Under the pieces are notes generated by a model. That model saw only the letters and a list, made by a program, of their open reading frames with translations. It ran no database searches and was not told the origin of the DNA. A stretch of DNA of 64,000 bases from Phycisphaerae bacterium (GTDB taxonomy: Bacteria > Planctomycetota > Phycisphaerae > Sedimentisphaerales > Anaerobacaceae), in the NCBI GenBank assembly GCA_030639495.1, contig DAOWCP010000002.1, positions 10,156 to 74,155 on the forward strand. The letters are read 5' to 3'. A program made the translations under genes and the position numbers. Every line of letters begins with the position of its first letter. The first letter of the stretch is position 1. Shown piece after piece: positions 8,892 to 18,620 of the stretch.

Positions 8892-9278
8892 TTGCTCCAG
8901 GACTGATTATTGGTGCGGTGATGTTAGGAAAAAGACGATAAAATAACAAATGTCAGTTGGCTTATCTTCACTTTCCTTTTCCAACGACCACTTGACTGGC
9001 AGTCTCCAGAACCCATAACGCTTTTGCTGCTCGGCTTAGGGGATGGACTTCTCTCTCCCCATAAATGACAGGTACGTAATGGATGGGGATTTTCTGGTCC
9101 AAATATGAAGAGTCTGAGCATTGATTTTGATATTGATTTTTCTGAAAATTGCAGTAAACTTCAATACAAGTCAAACTTGTGTGATTTTTATAACTCTTTG
9201 CAAATAAACAAGGTGTGAATTTTTGAGAAAACAATTACTGTTAAGGTCAACAAAATTAAATGTGACTGAGATTCTGGT

Positions 9279-10484
9279 ATGAAGTATGCGAGCAAGATAA
9301 TCCTTTTAGTTATTGCTCTTGTCGTTCTTACGGTAATGATTCTGGTGAGAATCTCACTGCATAAACCAAGGCATGAAATTAATAAAGAGGTAGTCGTTGA
9401 TATTCAGCGAAAAGGGTTAATGGGTAAGGAGAATGGTTGGCCTATGTTTCATGGCGGGCCTGAATTGCGGGGGTATACACAAAATGTTTTGCCTGATTCG
9501 TTGACGGTTCTTTGGAAATTTAAGACAGATGATGAAATCAAGTCATCGCCTGTGATTGATGAAGGCCTGGTTTTTATTGGTTCGGCTGACGCGAATGTCT
9601 ATGCGATTGACCTGGAAAATGGTAATCAGGTATGGAGTTATAAAACCGGTGGTGCTGTCGAGGCAACAGCTTGTGTGGTAGATGGTTCTGTTTTCATAGG
9701 CTCGGCAGACAGTTTTCTGTATGCTCTTGATATGAAAACCGGACAGCTTAAGTGGAAGTACGAAACCGGAGGAAAAATATTAGGCTCGGCAAACTGGATA
9801 CACAGCGATAATGAGCAGGATATACAGATAGTTGTTGGAAGCTACGATAGTCAATTGTATTGTTTGAATTCAAAAGATGGTAAGGTTATATGGAGTTACA
9901 GAACAGACAGCTATATTAATGGAACAGCTGCCATCTCTGACGGGAAAATAGTTTTCGGCGGATGTGACGGGATGATACATGTGGTTTCGGTAAAGGACGG
10001 CGCAGGCATCAGTCTTATAGACGCGGGCGCATATATTGCCGGAGCAGCAGCGGTTTCGGGGGGTAATGCTTATGTGGGCAACTATGAAAATGCTTTTATA
10101 AAAACCGATATCGAATCGGGGAAGATTTTGTGGAAATATACGGGCTCCGATGAGCCTTATTTTTCTTCACCGGCAGTCACAAACGGGCGGGTGGTGTTTG
10201 GCGGAAGAGATAATCGAATTCACTGTTTAGAAGCAGATAGCGGCAAAGAAGTGTGGACATTCCAGACGCTGGGAGAGGTGGATAGTTCACCTGTGATCTG
10301 TGGCGGGAGGGTTGTTGTCGGTTGTGAGGATGGAAGGCTATATATGGTTAGACTATCAGACGGCAGTAAAATCTGGTCATTTGAAATTGGTCAGGCGATT
10401 ACTTCTTCACCGGCAGTTGCCGACGGTGTGGTTGTTGTGGGCTGTGATGATGGGTATGTATACGCGTTTGGGCCTGGGCAATAG
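9279..10484 (+). CDS. membrane-anchored PQQ-like beta-propeller repeat protein (BamB/YfgL-like fold)
   Basis: N-terminal TM anchor. Entry motif WPMFHGGPELRG. Repeated blades of the type G-x-VF/YIGSADxxLYALDxxTGxxxWxY. Confidence 0.8.
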   Translation: MKYASKIILLVIALVVLTVMILVRISLHKPRHEINKEVVVDIQRKGLMGKENGWPMFHGGPELRGYTQNVLPDSLTVLWKFKTDDEIKSSPVIDEGLVFIGSADANVYAIDLENGNQVWSYKTGGAVEATACVVDGSVFIGSADSFLYALDMKTGQLKWKYETGGKILGSANWIHSDNEQDIQIVVGSYDSQLYCLNSKDGKVIWSYRTDSYINGTAAISDGKIVFGGCDGMIHVVSVKDGAGISLIDAGAYIAGAAAVSGGNAYVGNYENAFIKTDIESGKILWKYTGSDEPYFSSPAVTNGRVVFGGRDNRIHCLEADSGKEVWTFQTLGEVDSSPVICGGRVVVGCEDGRLYMVRLSDGSKIWSFEIGQAITSSPAVADGVVVVGCDDGYVYAFGPGQ

Positions 10485-10498
10485 ATGGGAGTGGTTTT

Positions 10499-11293
10499 AT
10501 GAGAATAGCTCTAATAGTAGCCGGTGTGGGAGATACCTCGACATGCGTAAACTGTTTGCGTGACGCAGCTTTGATTCGAGAATTTCGCAAACTGGGTCAT
10601 GAAGTATTGGTTGTCCCTTTGTATTTGCCGTTTCGACCCCAGGGTCAGAAACCAGCTGGCCAGGTACCGATTTTTTTTGGCGGGATAAATGTGTATCTGC
10701 AACAAAAATCAATTTTTTTTCGTAAAACCCCTCGCTGGTTTGACCGGATTTTTGATAATCGAAAGCTCCTGGAATGGGCAAGCGGGAAATTTCAGATGGT
10801 CGATGCACAGTTTTTAGGCCAAACAACAGTGTCAATGTTAAAAGGCAGGGATGGTTATCAGGTTAAAGAGCTTGGCCGTCTTAGTCGATGGCTTAATAAA
10901 AAGGAGAACATGCCCGATGTTATATGCCTGTCGAATGCGTTGCTCGCGGGGTTGGCAGAAGCTCTTAAGCTGACGGTCGCTATGCCGGTAGTATGTTTGC
11001 TTCAGGGTGAAGATAAGTTTCTGGACGAACTTGCGCCGCCATATAACCAGCAGGGATGGAGTATCCTTTCCGACTGTGTTTGTGAAATCGATGGTTTTAT
11101 TGCAGTTGGCGAACATTATGCTGATGTTATGAAAAGGAGGCTGGAAATCGGACGGGATAAAATGCACGTTGTTTATGCTGATAATTCAGATGCAAAAGAA
11201 GGTGTGAGATATAATATTGACAAGCTATCAGAGAAAATAGCATTTGTATTTACAAAAATATTGAAAAACTTTACTGAGGGCGATCATGCTTGA
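10499..11293 (+). CDS. hypothetical protein resembling the N-terminal half of a GT4-type glycosyltransferase; the C-terminal catalytic half is not evident
   Basis: Begins MRIALIVAGVGD...LGHEVLVV. Only 264 aa. The 3' end overlaps the ABC ATPase gene by 8 nt. Confidence 0.35.
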   Translation: MRIALIVAGVGDTSTCVNCLRDAALIREFRKLGHEVLVVPLYLPFRPQGQKPAGQVPIFFGGINVYLQQKSIFFRKTPRWFDRIFDNRKLLEWASGKFQMVDAQFLGQTTVSMLKGRDGYQVKELGRLSRWLNKKENMPDVICLSNALLAGLAEALKLTVAMPVVCLLQGEDKFLDELAPPYNQQGWSILSDCVCEIDGFIAVGEHYADVMKRRLEIGRDKMHVVYADNSDAKEGVRYNIDKLSEKIAFVFTKILKNFTEGDHA

Positions 11294-11978
11294 ACTGATA
11301 AATATCAGAAAGGAATATCGATCACCGGTAGAAGATCGAAGTGTCGTTGTTTTGAACGATATAAGTCTAAAAGTCAGTGAGGGACAATCTTTGGCAATAG
11401 TAGGGCCCTCTGGTAGTGGAAAAAGTACACTGCTTAATATCATTGGAACGCTTGACAGCCCCACTGCCGGGCGTGTGCTTTTCGATGATACGGACCTGGC
11501 GAAAGTTAATGATAGCCAACTTGCAAAAATGCGCAATGAGCAGATAGGATTTGTTTTTCAGCTGCACCATCTTCTGCCGCAATGCAGTGTGCTTGAGAAT
11601 GTTTTGATACCTACGCTTGTAGGGGAAAAAGTGACTTCCAGAAAAGCATTTGAGCAAAGGGCTGTTGGTTTGCTTGAACATGTTGGTCTAAAAGATTTGC
11701 TGTATCACAGACCATCAGAGCTTTCAGCAGGCCAGAGACAGCGGGTAGCGGTTGTCAGGGCTTTAATAAATAAGCCGAAATTGCTGCTGGCTGATGAGCC
11801 GACCGGCTCGCTCGATGCTGAGGCTTCAGAGACGATAGCGGAATTGTTGGTAGAGTTAAACAAAAGCGAAAAGGTAACGTTGCTTGTTGTAACACATTCC
11901 AACAGACTTGCTGAGCGTATGGGTCAGGTGTTAGCTATCGAAAAAGGTAAACTTGTTAAGAGGAAAAGCGGAGAGTAA
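11286..11978 (+). CDS. ABC transporter ATP-binding protein of the FtsE/LolD/MacB family
   Basis: Walker A GPSGSGKST. Signature LSAGQRQRVAVVRAL. Walker B LLLADEPTGSLD. The Q-loop and H-loop (VTHS) are also present. Confidence 0.9.
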   Translation: MLELINIRKEYRSPVEDRSVVVLNDISLKVSEGQSLAIVGPSGSGKSTLLNIIGTLDSPTAGRVLFDDTDLAKVNDSQLAKMRNEQIGFVFQLHHLLPQCSVLENVLIPTLVGEKVTSRKAFEQRAVGLLEHVGLKDLLYHRPSELSAGQRQRVAVVRALINKPKLLLADEPTGSLDAEASETIAELLVELNKSEKVTLLVVTHSNRLAERMGQVLAIEKGKLVKRKSGE

Positions 11979-11983
11979 TAATA

Positions 11984-14900
11984 TTGTCACTGATTAAAAA
12001 AAGTCTTACTTTTTATTGGAGAACCAACATTGGCGTGCTGCTGGCGGTTATTGTTGGTACTGCTGTTCTGGCTGGGTCGCTTTTTGTAGGTGACTCGGTA
12101 GAATACAGCCTGAAAATGACAGTCGAAAGAAGGCTTGGAAGTACCGAACTTGCTTTGATGACCGGCGACAGGTTCTTTACAAATGAGCTGACAGAGAGAT
12201 TGGCTGATAAATTGGACGCTCAGACGGCAGGTGTGCTGGGAGTCAGGGGGATGGTTGCAAACAGCGACGGGACCGGGCGGGCTAACAGAGTTGAGATACT
12301 TGGCGTTGATGCGAGATTTTATGAGATTACAGCGGCAAGTAATAATCCCTTTCAAAATGGTGATAATTCCGGTGTTATTATAAATGAATCGCTTGCTGAT
12401 CGAATCGGAGTAAAAGCAGGTGATGAGGTTTTGCTTCGAATCGCAAAGCCGGCTTCGATGTCACGAGAGATCGTGTTGACGCCGAAATCTGATTTAACGA
12501 TTGCTTTTCGATTAAAAGTAACCGCTATCGCCAATCAGTCACAGTCCGGGTTATTTAGTTTACAGGCGAACCAGATCTCACCGTTGAACGCATTTGTTCC
12601 GCTGCAATGGCTGCAGGAGAAATCGGGACGTGAGAGTCAGGCTAATATGTTGCTGGTCGCTTCGGGCACAGAAGCCGGGATAAGTACTGAAAAAGCAAAT
12701 GAATCCATCAGAGAATGTTTACAGCTTGGGGATATGGGATTGGAAGTTCGTAGTAATGCTGAAAGAGATTCACTCGAGTTGCGCAGCAACAGGATATTTA
12801 TAGATAGCCGGATTGGAGATGTCTCTGTCGAAAGCGGCAAAGAAGCAGTTGGAGTTCTGACGTATTTTGTGAACCGATTGCGAGCGGGCGGCAAGACAAC
12901 TCCATATTCCATGGTTACCGCTATGAGCACCTCGGACGATAAAAACAGCTTGATCCCCATGGATATGACCGATGATGAAATAATCATAAACCAATGGCTT
13001 TGTGATGACCTGGAGACAAGAGCCGGTGATTTTATCGAGGTGGACTATTTCGTTATTTCCAGCGGTAGAAAGCTCACAGAAAATACCGCTAAATTTCGTG
13101 TGCGTGCGGTAGTGCCGCTTGATGGGCCGGCTGGTGATCCTGATTTGATGCCCGATTTTCCCGGATTGGCAGAGATGGACAATTGCAGGGACTGGGACAC
13201 GGGCATACCAATCGATTTGGATGAAATACGTGACAAAGACGAAAAGTATTGGGACAGCTTTGGGGGAACACCAAAAGCCTTTATCACATTAAAGGCGGGG
13301 CAAAAAATATGGGCTAACAGGTATGGAAACCTGACGGCGGTGCGGTATCCGTTAAACGAAAACAGCGGAGAAAAACTTACCCAAAGCCTTCTGAGCAGAA
13401 TCGATCCTGCACTGTCAGGGTTATATTTTCAACCTGTGCGAAGATTGGGGATAAGGGCAAGTAATGAAGGTACCGACTTCGGCCAGCTTTTTATAGGTTT
13501 TAGTATGTTTATTATTGCGGCGGCATTGGTTCTTTTGGGGCTACTTTTTGTTTTTGGAGTTGAAAAACGATGCAGCGAGATCGGAATATTGCTTGCGGTC
13601 GGTTTTGAAGAAAAAAATATCAAGCGAATGTTTCTGACCGAAGCGATAGTACTGACTTTAATCGGCACCGTTTCCGGGATAGTGACGGGTTTAGTTTATA
13701 CCAATGCCATGCTATATGGCCTTGGAAGTATCTGGCGAACGGCTGTAAGCAACTGGCGAATAAGTTTTTACGTAGAGCCAACAACCTTGTTAAAGGTTGC
13801 TTTGATAGCCGTGACTGTCTGCATGGCTGCAATATGGTTTGCTTTTCGTAAACAGATGCGTAAATCCGCCAGGCAACTTCTCGATGAAAACCTCGAATGG
13901 CAATTTCTGACGACAAACCCTCTTTCAAAGGGACGATTGGCATTGTCTGTGTCAGGATTTTTTGCTGCGGCTGCGGTAATATTTCTCATTCTTATGGGCA
14001 GAGGTGATGAGGGTATTTCGGCAGGTGCTTTTTTTGGCGCGGGCGGACTTTTGTTAATCGCTTCAATTGCGTTGACCCATGCATTATTGAAAATATTCGC
14101 CGGCAGTAAGATCAGACCTGCGGTTTCAATAGCAGCTCTTGCATGGCGAAACTCTTTGAGACGAAGAGGAAGAAGCCTTGCGGTTGTTACGATGCTTGCA
14201 TGCGGAGTTTTTATTGTTATTGCCGTTGGAGCAAACAAACATGATCCGTTAGCCGGCCTGCAAACAAATCAATCAGGTACGGGAGGTTTTAGCTTGATGG
14301 GCGAATCTGCCATAGGTGTTTTGCATGATCTCAACAGTAAATCCGGACGAAAATCGGTCGGACTCGATGCAAAGGAGAGCGAAGATACTGAGATAGTACA
14401 ATTGCGGGTTCGTGATGGCGACGACGCCAGTTGTTTTAATTTAAACAGGGCGCAGCAGCCTCGCTTGTTTGGTATTAATCCAAAAAAACTGCAGCAGCGA
14501 AAATCTTTTTTGTTCACAAGGACAATAGAAGAAAACGGACCAGCTGGTTGGAACTTACTTAATCTTAATTTGGGAGATGATGTAGTTGCAGCGATCGGAG
14601 ATGAGGCTACAATCAAATGGGGCCTTGGTAAATCCGTAGGTGATGAGATTGTATATAGCAACGACAATGGTAAAAGGTTTCGGGTGCGATTAGTCGGTAT
14701 GCTGAAGAACTCAATATTGCAGGGCAGTCTTTTAATTGCTGAAGAAGATTTCATCAGACATTTTCCAACCGAGGCAGGTTACCGGCTGTTTTTCGTTGAC
14801 ACACCAGAGAAAAAGACAAGAAGTATTTCCGAGACACTATCAACAAGATTGAAAGATTATGGGCTGGAAGTAACTACTACTGCCCAAAAACTTGCCGCTT

Positions 14901-15298
14901 TTAGTGCCGTTGAAAATAGTTATTTATCGATTTTTCAACTGTTGGGGAGTTTCGGATTGATTCTTGGAAGTGTTGGTCTTGGTGTGGTTGTTGGGCGAAA
15001 TGTCCTTGACCGAAGGGGCGAGTTGGCAATGCTAAGAGCGATCGGGTTTAACAGGAAAACTTTAAAACTAATGGTGTTCTATGAGCATGTTGGGCTTTTG
15101 TTCTGGGGTTTGTTTCTTGGAAGCATAACAGCATTAATAGCGATTTTTCCCGTACTGAACGAATCAGTGACAGAAGTTCCTTATTTATCATTGATATTAT
15201 CAATAATGGCAATAGCCGTCAGCGGTGTTATATGGATATGGATAGGAACTTCTATTGCTTTAAGCGGCAAAATCATTGACGGGCTCAGGAGAGAATAA
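11984..15298 (+). CDS. large ABC transporter permease with two FtsX-type 4-TM domains and large extracytoplasmic domains (MacB/LolCE-like, 1104 aa)
   Basis: N-terminal TM. Two FtsX-domain TM bundles at about aa 490-640 and 950-1104, with long periplasmic regions between them. It immediately follows the cognate ATPase. Confidence 0.85.
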   Translation: MSLIKKSLTFYWRTNIGVLLAVIVGTAVLAGSLFVGDSVEYSLKMTVERRLGSTELALMTGDRFFTNELTERLADKLDAQTAGVLGVRGMVANSDGTGRANRVEILGVDARFYEITAASNNPFQNGDNSGVIINESLADRIGVKAGDEVLLRIAKPASMSREIVLTPKSDLTIAFRLKVTAIANQSQSGLFSLQANQISPLNAFVPLQWLQEKSGRESQANMLLVASGTEAGISTEKANESIRECLQLGDMGLEVRSNAERDSLELRSNRIFIDSRIGDVSVESGKEAVGVLTYFVNRLRAGGKTTPYSMVTAMSTSDDKNSLIPMDMTDDEIIINQWLCDDLETRAGDFIEVDYFVISSGRKLTENTAKFRVRAVVPLDGPAGDPDLMPDFPGLAEMDNCRDWDTGIPIDLDEIRDKDEKYWDSFGGTPKAFITLKAGQKIWANRYGNLTAVRYPLNENSGEKLTQSLLSRIDPALSGLYFQPVRRLGIRASNEGTDFGQLFIGFSMFIIAAALVLLGLLFVFGVEKRCSEIGILLAVGFEEKNIKRMFLTEAIVLTLIGTVSGIVTGLVYTNAMLYGLGSIWRTAVSNWRISFYVEPTTLLKVALIAVTVCMAAIWFAFRKQMRKSARQLLDENLEWQFLTTNPLSKGRLALSVSGFFAAAAVIFLILMGRGDEGISAGAFFGAGGLLLIASIALTHALLKIFAGSKIRPAVSIAALAWRNSLRRRGRSLAVVTMLACGVFIVIAVGANKHDPLAGLQTNQSGTGGFSLMGESAIGVLHDLNSKSGRKSVGLDAKESEDTEIVQLRVRDGDDASCFNLNRAQQPRLFGINPKKLQQRKSFLFTRTIEENGPAGWNLLNLNLGDDVVAAIGDEATIKWGLGKSVGDEIVYSNDNGKRFRVRLVGMLKNSILQGSLLIAEEDFIRHFPTEAGYRLFFVDTPEKKTRSISETLSTRLKDYGLEVTTTAQKLAAFSAVENSYLSIFQLLGSFGLILGSVGLGVVVGRNVLDRRGELAMLRAIGFNRKTLKLMVFYEHVGLLFWGLFLGSITALIAIFPVLNESVTEVPYLSLILSIMAIAVSGVIWIWIGTSIALSGKIIDGLRRE

Positions 15299-15313
15299 AG
15301 GAATGGCATATAG

Positions 15314-16717
15314 ATGAAAAACTTTCTTATAGCAAGAGTAATACCAATCTTTTTGGGATTATTGGGCGCTTTTCTGATATTTATTTGGCTTAGAAGCGAT
15401 GTTGCGACCGAATTTACGCTGCGACTGCCCGGCGAAGACGGTAGCGATCGCAATGTTTCTACTGAAACCGAGCCGATAGAAATTGAAGGGGAACTAATTA
15501 AGTTTGAGGGCACAACGACCAATTTGCCCGGCGCATGGCCCCGATTTAGAGGGTCTAATTTTGATGGCGTCAGCCGTCAGAAAATGCAACTTGCCACCGG
15601 ATGGCCCGAACAGGGCCCGCCGTTGCTTTGGTCCATCGATGTCGGCGAAGGATATGCAGGAGCTGCTGTTTTAGCGGGACGGGTCTATGTTTTTGATTAT
15701 GACCGTGAGAATAAATCCGATGTTATTCGTTGTTTGTCACTTGCCGACGGCAAAGATATATGGAGGTATTCTTATCCGGTAAAAGTTAAGCGCAATCATG
15801 GAATGAGCCGAACTGTTTCTGCAGTTACTGAAAAGTACATCGTAACTTTGGGGCCGAAATGCCATGTTACATGTCTCGATTCCGTTACAGGCGAATTTCG
15901 ATGGATGATAAATCTCGTCAGGGAATTCAACACCAAAGTTCCGCAGTGGTATGCAGGCCAATGCCCTTTGATTGAAGGCGACAAGGCAATAATAGCTCCG
16001 GGCGGTGATTCACTTATGATAGCTGTTGATTGCCTGACTGGTGAAATCGTATGGCAAACCCCTAATCCGAATGAATGGAAGATGACGCATTCCTCTATAA
16101 TCCCCGCTGAATTTATGGGCAAACGAATGTATATTTATTGCGCAAGCGGAGCAGTGGTAGGAGTCGATGCTGATGATGGTACTATTTTATGGGAAACAAC
16201 TGACTGGAAAATTCGTATCGCAAATGTACCCTCACCAGTTCTCGCAGGTGATGGTTTGATCTTTCTTTCGGGCGGCTATAACGCAGGCAGTATGATGCTT
16301 CAATTAAAATCTGAAGAAGCGAAAATAATTGCTGATCCCCTTTTCAAACTGGCTCCAGAGGTGTTCGGATCTGCGCAACAGACGCCAATATTTTATAACG
16401 GTTATATTTATGGAGTTCGGCCGGATGGACAATTAACATGTCTTGATTTGACGGGAAAGGTCATGTGGACGAGCACAAGTGCGGAGAAATTCGGCCTCGG
16501 ACCTTATGTCATTATTAATGACTTAATATATGTGATGAATGATTCGGGACTGCTCACTTTAGCAAAGGCTACAGCTGAAAGTTTTTTTAAGCTTGCTCAA
16601 GCAAAAGTTCTCGAAGGGCCGGATTCATGGGGACCTATGGCGTTCGCCGGCGGGAAATTGATCTTGCGAGATATGAATCGAATGATATGTCTGGATATCA
16701 GCGAATATAAAAAGTGA
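15314..16717 (+). CDS. membrane-anchored PQQ-like beta-propeller repeat protein
   Basis: TM anchor. Entry motif WPRFRGSNFDG. Propeller blades as in the 9279 paralog. Confidence 0.8.
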   Translation: MKNFLIARVIPIFLGLLGAFLIFIWLRSDVATEFTLRLPGEDGSDRNVSTETEPIEIEGELIKFEGTTTNLPGAWPRFRGSNFDGVSRQKMQLATGWPEQGPPLLWSIDVGEGYAGAAVLAGRVYVFDYDRENKSDVIRCLSLADGKDIWRYSYPVKVKRNHGMSRTVSAVTEKYIVTLGPKCHVTCLDSVTGEFRWMINLVREFNTKVPQWYAGQCPLIEGDKAIIAPGGDSLMIAVDCLTGEIVWQTPNPNEWKMTHSSIIPAEFMGKRMYIYCASGAVVGVDADDGTILWETTDWKIRIANVPSPVLAGDGLIFLSGGYNAGSMMLQLKSEEAKIIADPLFKLAPEVFGSAQQTPIFYNGYIYGVRPDGQLTCLDLTGKVMWTSTSAEKFGLGPYVIINDLIYVMNDSGLLTLAKATAESFFKLAQAKVLEGPDSWGPMAFAGGKLILRDMNRMICLDISEYKK

Positions 16718-16794
16718 CCATATTGCATTAGATAGCGTTAAAAGTTATAATGAACTTTTATTCCTGTTAACAGTAGATATTAAAAAAACGTTAA

Positions 16795-17820
16795 ATGGTA
16801 AGAATATTAAAAAATAAGACATTGGTGGGGTTATTGATAGCGGCTTCAGTAGTTGCCGGTATTGCAGCCATCGTGCTTTTCGATATAACAGGGGAAAAAG
16901 GCAGCGGGTTGGGAAAAGAGTTTGTCTATGATATTGAGGACATTATAAAGATAGACCCGAATCTGATTATTTATGCCCAATCTTCTGAGCCTATATATAC
17001 CGGCTTTGAGGTATCTCGTGGGATCACAGTAGATACCAATGGCACTATTTATGCAGCAGGTGACAACGCCATTCGTTTATTTGACAGTAGTAGTAATTTA
17101 CAGGGAGAAATTCGACTCGATAGCAGCCCCCGATGTATTGCCGTAAGCAAGGACGGTAAAATATATATAGGGCTGAAAAATCAGGTTCAGGTGTACGACA
17201 GCAATAAAAAACGTTTGGCAAGTTGGCCGCATTTGAATAGTGATGCTGTCCTTACCAGCATAGCTGTTTTGAAAAATGATGTGTTCGTTGCCGATGCGGG
17301 CAATCGAATTGTTCTGCACTATGATACTAATGGGAAATTGCTTAACCGTATAGGCGGCAAAAACAAAGAGAGAAATATTCCCGGCTTTGTGATACCCAGT
17401 CCTTACTTCGATCTTGCTATTGCCGAAGACGGACTTTTACGTGTAGTAAATCCAGGCAGACACAGGATCGAGGCGTATACTTTTGATGGTGATCTTGAAT
17501 TCTGGTGGGGGTTCTACTCTCCGAATATTGAAGGATTCTGCGGTTGCTGCAATCCCGTAAATTTTACCATTCTCGAAGATGGCAGTTTTGTTACAGTCGA
17601 AAAGGGCCTGGTTCGAGTAAAGGTATATGATATAGATGGTAATTTTGTATGTGTTGTGGCTGGACCTGAGCAGTTAATCGAGTCAGATGAGGCGAAAATC
17701 TGCCAAATTCCTGCAAATTGTCAGGCCGGTGGTTTTGATTTGGCCGTTGATAACAAACAACAAATCCTCATATTGGATACGATTAGAAATGTCATAAGGA
17801 CATTTGCAAAGACAAGGTGA
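16795..17820 (+). CDS. membrane-anchored NHL/six-bladed beta-propeller-like protein with a CGCC cysteine cluster
   Basis: TM anchor LVGLLIAASVVAGIAAIVLF. Repeated blade-like segments (IYAAGDNAIRLFD, IYIGLKNQVQVYD, VFVADAGNRIVLHYD). Cysteine cluster EGFCGCCNP. Confidence 0.5.
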   Translation: MVRILKNKTLVGLLIAASVVAGIAAIVLFDITGEKGSGLGKEFVYDIEDIIKIDPNLIIYAQSSEPIYTGFEVSRGITVDTNGTIYAAGDNAIRLFDSSSNLQGEIRLDSSPRCIAVSKDGKIYIGLKNQVQVYDSNKKRLASWPHLNSDAVLTSIAVLKNDVFVADAGNRIVLHYDTNGKLLNRIGGKNKERNIPGFVIPSPYFDLAIAEDGLLRVVNPGRHRIEAYTFDGDLEFWWGFYSPNIEGFCGCCNPVNFTILEDGSFVTVEKGLVRVKVYDIDGNFVCVVAGPEQLIESDEAKICQIPANCQAGGFDLAVDNKQQILILDTIRNVIRTFAKTR

Positions 17821-18079
17821 AATAGTGGGCGAATATTCTATGAAAATGCGAAACCGCCGTCAAATAATGACAGGTACTTTGCGATACGCAGTATTGGGCT
17901 TAGTTGGTTTTTTTGCGGGCTCAGCAATTGTAAAAAGACGCAGATTGATAAAGGAAGGCAAGTGCATTAATCTGGGAATATGCCGGGACTGCAAACTCTA
18001 CGAAAGCTGTAGATTGCCTCCAGCCTTGTCAAAAAAACAATTCTTTATAAAAAAAGACAATGTCAAAAGAAAAAATTAA
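17804..18079 (+). CDS. small single-TM protein with a C-x5-C-x2-C-x5-C cysteine motif; the real start is probably the internal Met near 17840
   Basis: TM helix LRYAVLGLVGFFAGSAIV is followed by KCINLGICRDCKLYESC. Its ends overlap both flanking genes, a pattern consistent with translational coupling inside the operon. Confidence 0.4.
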   Translation: MQRQGEIVGEYSMKMRNRRQIMTGTLRYAVLGLVGFFAGSAIVKRRRLIKEGKCINLGICRDCKLYESCRLPPALSKKQFFIKKDNVKRKN

Positions 18080-18620
18080 CAGACGAAAATTCTTGAAGGA
18101 TGGACTTTGGGGAAGTTGCTTAACGGGCTTAACCGTCATAGCTGGTGTCTTCATATCTAAAAAACGCAACGATGAAATGGTATGGCAGCTTGACCCGTAT
18201 AAATGTGTTGCCTGCGGAAATTGTGCCACCTATTGTGTACTGGAAGAGTCGGCTGTCAAGTGTGTGCATTCATACGCGATGTGCGGCTACTGCGATCTTT
18301 GTACTGGTTTTTTTGAACCAGAACCAAGAGAGCTTGACACGGGAGCTGAAAACCAACTCTGCCCTACCGGTGCAATAAAACGCAGTTTTATTGAAGACCC
18401 GTATTATGAATACACGATTGACGAGCCACTTTGTATCGGCTGCGCGAAATGTGTTAAGGGTTGTAACGCATTCGGGAACGGGTCATTGTTTTTACAGGTT
18501 CGGCACGACCGTTGTTTGAATTGCAATGAATGTTCCATCGCAGCAGCCTGCCCTTCGCAGGCGTTTAAGCGAGTTTCAGCTAATGAGCCTTATTTAATTA
18601 AACAGATGGGGCACGCTTAA
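18060..18620 (+). CDS. TAT-signal 4Fe-4S polyferredoxin (NapG/MauM-like periplasmic ferredoxin)
   Basis: Twin-arginine motif NRRKFLKDG followed by a hydrophobic region. Four Cys clusters of the CxxCxxCxxxC type (CVACGNCATYC, CGYCDLC, CIGCAKCVKGC, CLNCNECSIAAACP). Confidence 0.7.
   Translation: MSKEKINRRKFLKDGLWGSCLTGLTVIAGVFISKKRNDEMVWQLDPYKCVACGNCATYCVLEESAVKCVHSYAMCGYCDLCTGFFEPEPRELDTGAENQLCPTGAIKRSFIEDPYYEYTIDEPLCIGCAKCVKGCNAFGNGSLFLQVRHDRCLNCNECSIAAACPSQAFKRVSANEPYLIKQMGHA

Noticed and set aside
8130-8949. Several 60-90-aa ORFs in the track (8130-8321, 8329-8520, 8416-8649, 8564-8749, 8689-8949) within the 7783-9278 intergenic region
   Set aside because: They overlap each other in different frames, run through the 10-bp tandem repeats, have no recognisable domains and look like chance frames. 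The region is treated as non-coding with repeats and a possible gene remnant.
13768-14754. Two minus-strand ORFs of about 160 aa each (13768-14238, 14269-14754) antisense to the FtsX permease
   Set aside because: They are shadow frames inside a long, well-supported plus-strand CDS. Their Pro/Ser/Arg-rich composition is typical of the GC-skewed antisense frame.
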